A stretch of DNA of 64,000 nt from Azolla caroliniana (lineage: Eukaryota > Plantae > Polypodiophyta), in NCBI GenBank assembly GCA_043228905.1, contig JBHGNT010000010.1:18972001-19036000 (forward strand), written 5' to 3'. The notes beneath the pieces are model-generated. The model was given only the letters and a program-made list of their open reading frames with translations, did not search any database and was not told the DNA's origin. Of the stretch, positions 10,661 to 20,448 are shown one piece after another. The translations under genes were made by a program, and so were the position numbers. The first letter of the stretch is position 1. Every line of letters begins with the position of its first letter.

Positions 10661-12728
10661 TCTCGGTTCTCGCCACCGAGGGACTCGCGGTTTCGCTTGT
10701 GGTTCGGTCGCACCGTCAGGAACTGGACCGAATGACGCCCGTCTTGACTCTTGACCCTCGCGTAAGCTGACCCGTTGTCCAGCACCTTGGTCTCCATTCG
10801 CGTTGCCGTAATGTACGGTTCTCCCAGTATGACCGGGTGCGAGGACGTCTCCTGCACAAAGAAGTGCTGGTCTATCTCGACGTCGCCGATCTTGACCCGC
10901 ACGTTTGGGCAGGCCCCATGTAGTTCCTCGGTGGCGCGCGTCGCCACCCGTATCTTCCACCCGTGCTTGGTGTTGATCGGCCATTTCCCCTTCTTGTAGA
11001 AGGTCATGGACATTAGGTTTATTTCCGAACCGTGGTCCACTAGCGCCACCATCGGTTCCTGAACATCTCCGATCTTCACCGGGGTTTCCGTGGTCGCTCG
11101 GGCCCAGTGTGGCCTCGAATAGTGGCTCTCCGCACACTCGTCTTCCAGCGCCATGTCCTCTATGTGCGTCGTCCGCACCTCCACCGGCCTTTCCGGTTCT
11201 GCCTCCGTCGACAGCCTCTTCCTCTTCACCAAGTCTACGATGGAGTCGTGGAACTCCTTCTTGGCGATTCCGAGCACCTCCCGCAACGACAGTTCCACCT
11301 TGCTGTCGAGGATTCGTTCTTCCAGGACCTTTCGTAGGTCCGTGGTCCTTTCAATCTCCGTGCCCAAACGGTATCCGCCCTTCTTGTGGTTATCCCGGGC
11401 ATTGGACTCACCGGCCTCGTTCCGTTTCGGCCCGAATCGGGTTTCGTATTTTTGTGAGGGTCCGGCCCCTCCAGTTTTACCTACCCGTTTGTCTTCAACC
11501 TGAGCCTCGTAGTTCTGGCAAGCTGCTTCGACGAAACCCGTCTTTTCTTCGACCGGGTCACTCCACCTGGTTACCCCCTGAACCCGCTTCTCCGCGCGGT
11601 CCGCCTCGTCTTTCTTTAGTCGGGCACCGGCGAGGCCTTCTAGCACCGTTGGCCAGAACCCGGCTTTGCTCTCCTTCCGGGCCTCGCTGCCTCCGGCCTG
11701 AATAACGGCTGACGCTGAGTAGTGGACGGTCTCCGCATGCCGGGCCGCCGCCTCTTCCATTAGCCTTTTCATTCCTCCTCGCCCATCGTTTCGGTTCAGG
11801 GCCCTCCGGGTATCGCTGGCGTGCACCCGACCTTCCCACAAGTACACTACCAGGCTTCGTCACACCACATGCACCTATTTCCTGCCGGAGGCCGTCGGTC
11901 ACGAGCCTGATCGCCGCCTTCCCTCTGAGCCTAGGCGATCTGGAGATCCTTAACCGCTCGTGTCAACTCCTCCAAAGTTGTTCCCCCGGACGAGCCTCTG
12001 ACCACGCCGGTCGAAGCCGAACCAGTTTCGAGCCACTCCCGGGTCTCTTCCCGTCACGCCTGCGGTATCGGCCCGAGCTTTCTTGCTGCGACAGGTCCCG
12101 CCCCAGTCGCCTCTGTATCAGCCCACTCCCACCGTTTGTCAAAACGGCCGCAAACTCTTTTTACCGCGGCCAAGTCAACCGTCAGCCCGTCTTCGGTTTC
12201 CAGTAAGGAGCCCACTTGCCCCCGATCCCGTGCGTCAACCGATTTGACAAACAGTAGGACACGACTCGTGTCCAGAACGGTCTGATCGAGCGCCGAAAGG
12301 CGCGCAAAGCGTTCCTCAAACTCCCGGAGGAGTACCAACGCATTTCTTTCTTTGTTGGGGGACTCCACCCACTCCATGAAGCCCCGCTTCGAAAGTCGAA
12401 GCGCGTCATCCAACCCGTATTTCTCTAGGAGCCATCCTTCGAACTCCTCCCAGGTCTGGCTCTCCGCCCGGACCTCGAGCACCTCCGCATGAATGCCCGG
12501 CATCGCCACTCGAGGGAATCCGGCAAGACGCCTCTCTTCCGGAATATCCCTCATCAATATCTCCGCCCGGTAGGACGCCAAATAACCTGTGGCATCCTTT
12601 CCACTGAACCGGCCGATCATACTGACGATCGCCTCAATAGCCTTGTCAAGGGCGCCGGTGCCCTCGCGCGCGCTCACTATCCGGTCCACGGCCGAAGCCA
12701 TGGTCTCTGCAAGATCCGACCCCCTCAT
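10651..12728 (-). pseudogene. gypsy gag-protease ORF, disrupted
   Basis: ORFs 12054-12755 and 10651-11847. Protease motif ALVDHGSEINLM ... VILGEPY. Premature stops and a deletion in the zinc knuckle. Confidence 0.85.
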
Positions 12729-12750
12729 CTTCTGCTCCTCTGCCGCCTTT

Positions 12751-12768
12751 TTCACGTCGGGTTCACCA
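12751..12768 (-). other. Primer binding site complementary to the tRNA-Trp 3' end
   Basis: Minus strand reads TGGTGAACCCGACGTGAA, 4 nt after the 5' LTR. The plus strand TTCACGTCGGGTTCACCA matches the plant cytosolic tRNA-Trp 3' end as I recall it. Confidence 0.8.
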
Positions 12769-12772
12769 AATA

Positions 12773-13419
12773 TGTCGCGTTACTACGCGCGTGCGTGGAG
12801 AAACGAGGCAGGACCACCGGGGTCTTGAACCGAAGGGGCAGGTGATAGGAGGGGAAAGAGAAAGAGAGAGACGACCGATTACGTATGAGCAAAGAAACAC
12901 GGGGACACAGCCCGTCAACATAGAAAACACGAATGGACACAGAGACAAAGAGACACGAAAGTTTGTATATTAACGAATAACAAATACACAACAGAGCACG
13001 CGAGCGGTTACAACCGAACAGGCTGGCGAACAGATGCCGATGCCTGTTCGTCTGCGCACGAAAGGGGAAAAGGATGGAGGTGCGGCCGGAAGCACACGGG
13101 CGTTCCTCGAAGCAGCGCGTGCCTCCCGAAAACCTACAGAGAAGGGCAGTAGAGAACAGAGGAGAAGCGTTCGATTACGGTCCGACAACACTTCGTCCTC
13201 CTCAATGCGCGATCCCTTCTCCCTACGTCTCCCTCTCCTTTATAACTTCAAGAAGGGAGCCGTCTCCCTCATTTACTTCCTCCCTACCAAATCTAACTAC
13301 CCAGGATATGCCTTTTTACTTAATTCCCTATTATATACATTGACGGGCGCGCACGCGTGAAGAGCCGGTTCACGCGCGCTATGCACCGATTGCGCAAAGG
13401 GACGGTTTTCTTCACGACA
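12773..13419 (-). repeat. 5' LTR of the gypsy element (647 bp)
   Basis: Direct repeat of 6435-7081, followed on the minus strand by the PBS. Confidence 0.95.
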
Positions 13420-15024
13420 GCGTGTAATGAAGTAGAAGCTTTTTGGACTGTGCAAAGGTAAGCCTCCTTCCCCTTCCCCTTTCTATCTTGAGCACTGAAC
13501 GATCCAACACATCATGATCCGCTGTGCACATAGAAGAGTCGTAGCGCCTTCTTAACATGGTATCAGAGCAAAGTTGCTCATAAAGAAGATTAGAACAGTA
13601 TAGAGATCTGAGAAGTTTGTTTCTGGTTGTTGATCTGAACCAGAGAGAGTTGTTTGTGATGTTAACCCTAGTTGAAAGAGAAAATGGCTACAGAGAATGC
13701 AAGCCAAATAGTCATAGAAAAACAGGATAAAAACAATTTCCTGGCGTGGAAATTCAAAATGACAAACTTCCTTATGGGGAAACGATATTGGGATTATATT
13801 GAAGGAGACCTAGAAGAGGCTCCAGAGATCCCTGAAGAAAATGCATCTGCTGCACAAATTAAAGCATTTAAGGAATGGAACCAAGGGGCAAGAAAGGTAT
13901 TGCATTGGTTGTCACTTAGCATCTCAGATTCGATGCTTGGACACATACAAGATACTATGCTTCCAAAAGAAACTTGGGACAGTTTAGCAAAACTGTTTGC
14001 AGTGAATACAAAGGCAAGAAAGCTTCAGTTGAAGACTGAGCTAAATACCTTGGATGTCAGTGAATGAGTATGCTTTGAAAATAAAGATCATATGTGAATC
14101 ACTTGCTTCTATCAATGTGAAGGTAGAAGATGATGATAAGGTGGAAATATGCTCAAGAGGTTTAGGACCTCAATATAAAAGCTTCAAAACATCTATTCTC
14201 ACAAGGGATAACATTCCAAGTTTTCCAGATTTGGTTTCAATGCTTGTAGTAGAAGAAAGAAATCAAATGGATGATGTAAACAAAGGAAACTCAAAGAATG
14301 AGAGGCAAGTCCTCTACAATAGTGTTGGAAGAGGCCATGGAAGATTTGGTTCAGCTAGAACCAAGAACAACAATTATCAAGGAAGAGGACAACAGGCCGT
14401 AAGTGGAAGAAACAACATTAGAGGTAGGGGGAGCAATCGAGGAAGAGGTAAGCAAACCTATTTGAATAACGATGGGTGTTGGTATTGTGGAAAACCAGGC
14501 CATACATAGGCTGAATGTTATAAAAAGCAAAATGATGAAAAAAGAGGGAAGAGACAGCAAAATAATTATGCCTCAACCAGTGAAGATTGTGATAAAGATG
14601 GTGCATTTGTGATGCAACATGAAACAACAGCAGTGGCTGAATGTTCACAGAGATGCAATGAAGAGTTTATGTGGTATGTAGATTCTGGGGCATCTAATCA
14701 TATGATAGGACATAAAAACTGGTTTGAAAGTCTAAGAGAACCAGAGATTCATAGTTATGTACAGACAGGTGATAATACTACTCAGCAAATAGAGCATGTT
14801 GGAGATATCCCATTGTGGGAAGAAAAAGGAAAAACAAAGTATATGCTGAATGTTATGCATGTTCCAAACCTTGCAAAAAATCTGATTTCTGTTGGACAGA
14901 TAGTAGAGCAAGGAATGCAAGTGAAGTTTAAGCAAAGTGGATGCTTCATAGAGAAAAATGGAAAGCTCATTGCAAAAGGAAAACGAGAAGGAAGGATGTT
15001 TGTGTTAGATGTCGATATGCCTAG

Positions 15025-16735
15025 GAAGATTACAACCCTTGGTTCCCTCGACGGCTTTCGTCTGCTCCTTCCCCGTATCGTCTCGTCGGTGATTCTTGGT
15101 CTCTCGCCGCCGCCTAAAGAACCCGTAGAGAGGTTCTGCGACATGTGCGTAATGCGGAATCTAGAACCCTTCATCGCGGAGATGGCTTCTACCTTTGCCG
15201 AGGACGGCTTCCGGCCGTAAGGCCCGCATAGGTGTCCGACTACCAGGATCTCTGGCTGCCCGAAGGCTGATTTTTCCCCGGAGAAGGTGAGTCGCGTGCT
15301 CTTGAGTCTATGTAGCACCTTTTCGCAGTCGCGGATGTGATCCGTCACAAACCTCCAGCAACCGTCGGGCCCAACCGACTCGTCCTTGTCCTCCACCGGA
15401 CATTCTTTGATCGGGATGTCGTCCAAAAACGGCATGGGGATGTCCGGGATGCAGTCCCTCAACACCTTGTTCATCGCATTCACCATGTGCGCCATCGAGT
15501 TCGTTCCTCCTTGCGGCAAGGTACGCATCCGAACTAGGTCGAGAGGAGTCTGCATCGTCGTGACATCCCTGCTCTCTACGGCTAGTTGGAACTGATCGTA
15601 CCCTGAGTACAAATCCCCGACCGAGTAGATTGACCTCCTTGTGAAGGCCTCCGCGAAGTTATCGATGGTCGGTCCGATACCTGCGTTTCGAATGGTCACC
15701 TTGTTGACCGGTTACAAGTCTTGTATGAAGCGCAGTGTGCCGTTCTTCTTCGGCACGGTAAACCACCGATTCGAATACGGGGCACTCTACGGTTCGAGGA
15801 TGCCCATCTCCACCTTCTGTTTCAGCAGCTCCATCAGCTTTGGGATGTGAGCTCTGGGTACCGGAATCGGCTTGAGATTCCACGGCACATGCGGTACCGT
15901 GAAGATCACCATTGGTTCCACAACCTTCGGGTCTACGCACCCGATCTCCTCCGGTGCGAATGCGAAAGCCTTCCCGTGCCTCCCGAGCATTCTCCGAAAC
16001 CGGTCCTCCTCCGCCGGCAGTAGAAAACCACCCCCACCGATCTTGAACTCCCATAGCGTTATGTCGGTGAACGTGTGTCCTATGCTGGCTGGATCTCGTA
16101 AACTTGGGACCGACGCGACCCCCTTTATCCGTAACTCACTGCCCTCCGGCAAGGGTGCCGCAACTGGCCTCACCTTCCAGTCCACAGTCTTGTACTTCGT
16201 ATCCACTCAGGCCGTCCGATCTGACTCGAGTCCACTACCGAAGTCGGCGATGACTTCGTACATCTTTTTCGAACATACCGGAATCGTCCGGTCCACATTA
16301 AGGCCTTCTCCGAACACCTCCCGTAATTTCCCCAAGGTGTCATCGAAAGAGACCACCTCCACGGCTCCGCTGATTTCCTCTTCAGGCCCGAGGACTCCGC
16401 ATGCCCGGAGTCACTCCTCCGCTTGTTTCTTTTCCCGGCCAACTACGCCGGCTATCGTACAACCACCGCTATTGAAAAACCAAAATTTCCTACCTATGGT
16501 ACATGTGTTTTTGCCTATAGTACATCTGTGGGGTTTTCCCGGGGTGCCCGGACTATCGCGGCCCCACGCCTTGATAGCCCTCTCTAAAAATCCCCTCGGT
16601 TTTCGGCACCGAGGGTCTCGCGGTTATGCTCATGGTTCAGTCGCACCGTCAGGAACTAGACCGAGTGATGCCCATCCTGGCTCTTGACTCGCGCATATGC
16701 CGAACCGTTGTCTAGCACCTTCGTCTCCATGTGCG
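15025..16735 (-). mobile_element. Third gypsy copy, internal fragment (end of protease, frameshift site, RT) with deletions
   Basis: ORFs 15787-16206 and 14782-15699 (GDLYSGYDQF, PFLDDIP) are near-identical in protein to pol of 6435-13419. A deletion follows KVEAISAMK and the sequence is lost after IPHYAHVAEPLYG. Confidence 0.9.
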
Positions 16736-16765
16736 CCGCCGTGAGCAACTCCGCCGAGGCTGAAT

Positions 16766-16910
16766 CCAGATGTGGCGTACCCGGCAACGGAAGACCCGAT
16801 GAGAACCGGATGTGGCGTACCCGACAACGGAAGACCCGGTGAGAACCGGATGTGGAGTACCCGGCAACGGAAGACCCGGTGAGAATCGGATGTTGTAGGC
16901 CCGGTGAGAA
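16766..16910. repeat. 40-bp tandem repeat, 3 copies plus a partial one
   Basis: CCGGATGTGGCGTACCCGGCAACGGAAGACCCGGTGAGAA at 16766, 16806 and 16846, then a shortened copy. Confidence 0.9.
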
Positions 16911-17070
16911 CCTCTCATCGGATAGAAGGGACATATGTGTAAATATGTTCCAGAGAGCCCATTGGGGCTATATTTGTAAATAGCTCGAAATTCATATTAG
17001 TATAAATATGACCTAGGGCAAACTTAATAGTGATGATGATAGAGTTATTGGTGTAACCTCTGTACAGTGC

Positions 17071-17104
<34 letters not shown>

Positions 17105-17929
17105 CATACAGAGATTATGTCTCTGTTGTAACCGCCACGAGGCGAAGATTGTGAGCAAGAGGTCGTTGCCTCTATGCTCCCTATTGTATTACTTTACATA
17201 GTGATAGTTTGGAGTCTGTGGACTCTCGTGGTTTTTTCCCTCTCAGGGTTTTCCACGTTAATATCATGTGTATTCTCTTTCTGTTTTGTGTACTTGCCAC
17301 CATTCCCATTTCGTCCGTGTTTTGATTGTCATCAAGTGATCTACGCTTTGGTTGTGGCTGGAGATTAATACACGTATTACACGACAAATTGGTATCAGAG
17401 CGAAACGACACAAAAAAATGGACGATCCGTTGGGAGGCATGTTCAAGCTCACCGGCTCCAACTATTCGGTGTGGAAGTCGAAGATGAGGGACATGCTCGT
17501 GGTTAAGGATGTTTGGTTGCCGGTTCAGTTCGGGGACAAGAGACCGGACAAAATCGATGCCACGATATGGGAGGTGATGCACATGAAGACAACGACGTAC
17601 ATACGGTGCTTTATCGACATGAGTCTATACAACAACTTCAATGAAGAGAGCAAGGCTCATGAGCTCTGGGAGAAGATCGGCATTATGTTTTAGAACAAAA
17701 ATGTTGTTAATCAAGTTTCGGTATTTTGGAAGCTAGTAAGACTCCGGTACCAAGATGGCTCCAGCATGGCGGAGCACATGAATGCCTTCCCGGGGTTGAT
17801 ACACCAGGCAACATCATTGGAAGTACCTCTCGCCGATGAGGTACTAGTACTACTCCTACTCGGTTCCCTCCCAGATAGCTGGGAGACGTTGGTTGTCACT
17901 TTGGGCAATGCCGGGCCGGAAGGAAAACC
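16766..17929 (+). mobile_element. Ty1/copia fragment: LTR 3' part, PBS and gag N-terminus
   Basis: LTR end ...ACGACA at 17386. PBS TGGTATCAGAGC at 17390-17401. gag KLTGSNYSVWKSKMRDML...LLLLGSLPDSWETLVVTL. Truncated at ~17929. Left LTR boundary not identified. Confidence 0.8.
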
Positions 17930-20448
17930 AGTTATTGGGCTGACCAATTCCAACACAACTTGAGATTTGTCATTAAGAGGAGTTGAGTGGACATTGCCGA
18001 TGGTGGAGAAAAAAACCTCTTGTGCTTTTATCACCAAAGTCATCCCCTCCTCCTGATGCTTGTATATGCCAATTGGGGTCTGCCATGATAGCCAACATAT
18101 ATTTCCCCACTTGATTGAGCCTTGCACCTGGCATATTCGATGGGACATTGGGCAGTCCCACATAGCATGTCATATTGATTCTACTGCATTTGGGCACTCT
18201 ACACAATTAGGAGAGCTAAGGTTCCCACGTCGCCCCTCCCCTTATTTTTAGACTACCCCACTCCTCATCTTTCATAATTTCAGCATCTAAACTCTTACCC
18301 CTCCCTCTAATTTTCATAATTCTACCCTCTACCCCTCCCCCTAGTTTTACATATTTTACTTGTACCCCTCCCCCTAGTTTTCATGGGTACATATGTGCCA
18401 ATCGGGTTGTACTTTGATCGGATCAGGATCTACAATCCATTTATGACCAGTATACACAAGTACTCGAATTGCATTATTCTGTGTTGGTGTCTTAGTGTCT
18501 CGCAATTCAGAGTCTTCGATCCTATCTAGTGTTCCCCTACCTCTCGGGATCAAAGATCCCTCCTCCTCGTAGCCTACCCATTTCTCCATTGTCGTCCTTT
18601 GAGTAGTAACTTCCCTAATAAATAGAGCGTTAATGATTTCCAATCTCATAGTCCATCCACCCCTGATTCCATGGAGTATGTTGGCTTGATCTTGTAGTGG
18701 TCGTGACATAAACCGTCTCCAACATTCTATACTTTCTCCTGGACCTTCTACAATGTATCCCCATGACAACCCCTTACTTGATCCAAGTAGTTGATTAAAT
18801 TCATGCTTGATACATGGGTTCCATAGGATACGTTGACTGAGCTAGGCAGGTTCGAAACTCGGTTGATCGCACTTGAGCCCTTGTCTAATGTCACACCATG
18901 CCTTCCACATGGATGCACTAAATCTATCCTCCAATTGGCGGGAGAAACTAGGTTTGAGATCCATGTTTAGAATCCATCCCATTTGGGGGGCCCAATTGAC
19001 CCCTTTTTGTGGCCTAAAGTAGGCGAAACGTAACCGCAATAGCATTTTCCAACAGTCATTTCCTGGTTTGAGTCCTCACACCACAAATTTGGCAAGTAAG
19101 GCTTTTGATTGTGAGAGGGGATCAATAAGACCCAATCCCCCTCTCGACTTAGGTGTTGTGAGCATAGGTCACGCCACCTTAGGTGCGAGTTACATGATCT
19201 TCCTTACCAGACCAAATGTAGTTGTGTACCAGTCGTTGAATTTGATGTATACTTTCCTTTAAGATTGTCCAACATGATAGACTGTACCATGTTGTTGCGA
19301 GTAGTACCTGGTTTGCCACTATGATGCAACCCGCTAGTGATAGTTTTTTCGAACTCCAATGTATCAACTTTTGTCGAATAGAATGGATAATGAGTGCAAT
19401 CATAGTCTCTGGTAGTATTTGGAGACCCAAATATTTGGTGCTCGCTCCTTGAGTGATCCATTTGAAAGCGGGATGTGGGTGCCATGCAGGATGTGTTTCA
19501 TGAGACAGGCTTATTGCACAGGATTTGTGCCAATTGATCATGGCATTGGATCTCTTGCAAAATACAACTAACCCACTTTCTAGCTTTTGTAGGTTTTCCA
19601 AGTCCCCTTGCAGGTAGACCGTTGTGTCATCTGGAAATTCTATATCCAAGATCCTTTGGTGAGAATGAGGCACGGGAAGACCACGTAGGTTGAGATGCCA
19701 TGAGTTGAGAAAGCAAGAGAGTACTATTGAAACGCAACTGCTACCATTCCTATAAAGTCCTACAATGCCTTTGATCCATGTCTCTTTCTTGAAAGTTCCA
19801 GCATACCCTGTCATATGTTTTCTCAAAATCTAGCAACACCACCGTTACCTTGTTGTTGGTACGCTTGGCAAGGGCTACTGCTTCCCAGAATGAGAAGAGG
19901 TTGTCTAGGATGCTCCAATTTGTAACGAAACCTGTCTGGGATGGATGAATGAGTTGAGGGAGAAGTGGTGTTAAACGGCGTGCCACGATTTTTGCGAGCA
20001 ACTTATAGACAGTATTGAGAAGAGTTATGGGCCGCCACTTGCTAATGTCGTTGGCACTCCCACCACTTTTAGGAATGAGATGTATCATCCCCTGTCCAAA
20101 TTCCTCTGGCATGTTTCCAGAGGTGATGATCTCCTCATATGCCTGGAGGAGGTCTTCTTTAATAGTGTCCCAAAGGCATGTGTAAAAGTGAGGGGTGAGG
20201 CCGTCGATTCCGAGGTAACTATCTACATCCAAATCAGAGAGGGCCTCCCATATCTCGATGATTGATAGGGGACACACGAGCCATGTATTCATTTCCGTCG
20301 TGACTTTCTCGGGTATGCTGTGGAGGATAATATCTTCTCTTATGTCTTCCCCTGTAGCCATAGTATCTTCGATAAGTAGGCACTTATAGTAACTTGTGGC
20401 AATATTCCTCATGTCATCGTCATCCTTAGTGGTCGTTCCATCCTCCAT
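17930..20448 (-). mobile_element. L1-clade LINE ORF2 fragment (RT to zf-RVT), degenerate
   Basis: GIDGLTPHFY, WRPITLLNTVYKLLAK, QTGFV, LLDFEKTYDRV, EFPDDTTVYL, KLSLAGCIIVANQVLLA. Same family as 1251-2590 but in the opposite orientation. Confidence 0.9.
18232..18382. repeat. Degenerate ~33-bp pyrimidine-rich tandem repeat replacing part of the LINE
   Basis: ACCCCTCCCCCTAGTTTT-like unit repeated 4-5 times; absent from the homologous copy at 1251-2590. Confidence 0.65.

Larger units (their letters stand above)
6435..13419 (-). mobile_element. Full-length Ty3/gypsy LTR retrotransposon without chromodomain, mutationally inactivated
   Basis: Two 647-bp LTRs (TGTCG...CGACA). TSD GCGT at 6431-6434 and 13420-13423. 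PBS and PPT present. Domain order gag-PR / RT-RH-INT. Lesions: stops in gag (12054, ~11931), stop in RNase H (8798) and a frameshift in integrase (~8030). Confidence 0.95.
6124..15024 (+). mobile_element. Ty1/copia element: 5' LTR (6124-6434 + 13424-13557) split by a gypsy insertion, PBS, gag, protease; 3'-truncated
   Basis: LTR termini TGTTGAGAAG...CTTCTTAACA form a 9/10 inverted repeat. PBS TGGTATCAGAGC (tRNA-iMet) at 13558-13569. gag ORFs 13672-14067 and 14054-14509 (CWYCGKPGH knuckle). Protease WYVDSGASNHM in ORF 14609+. Breaks off at ~15024. Confidence 0.85.

Noticed and set aside
9858-10754. Long antisense ORF opposite pol, echoed at 15872-16687 and 4978-5493
   Set aside because: Explained as a shadow frame of GC-rich coding sequence; start and end points differ between copies.
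10661-11137. N-terminal ~160 aa of the 779-aa ORF 8798-11137 as a real protein start
   Set aside because: It overlaps the protease in another frame and has no good initiator; pol entry is better explained by the frameshift at 10654-10660.
14609-15699. Apparent novel fusion ORFs (14609-15220 +, 14782-15699 -; also 5192-5632 +)
   Set aside because: Chance read-through across junctions between broken copia and gypsy pieces.
16766-16910. CRISPR-like array
   Set aside because: The repeats are contiguous with no unique spacers, and the context is eukaryotic with no cas genes.
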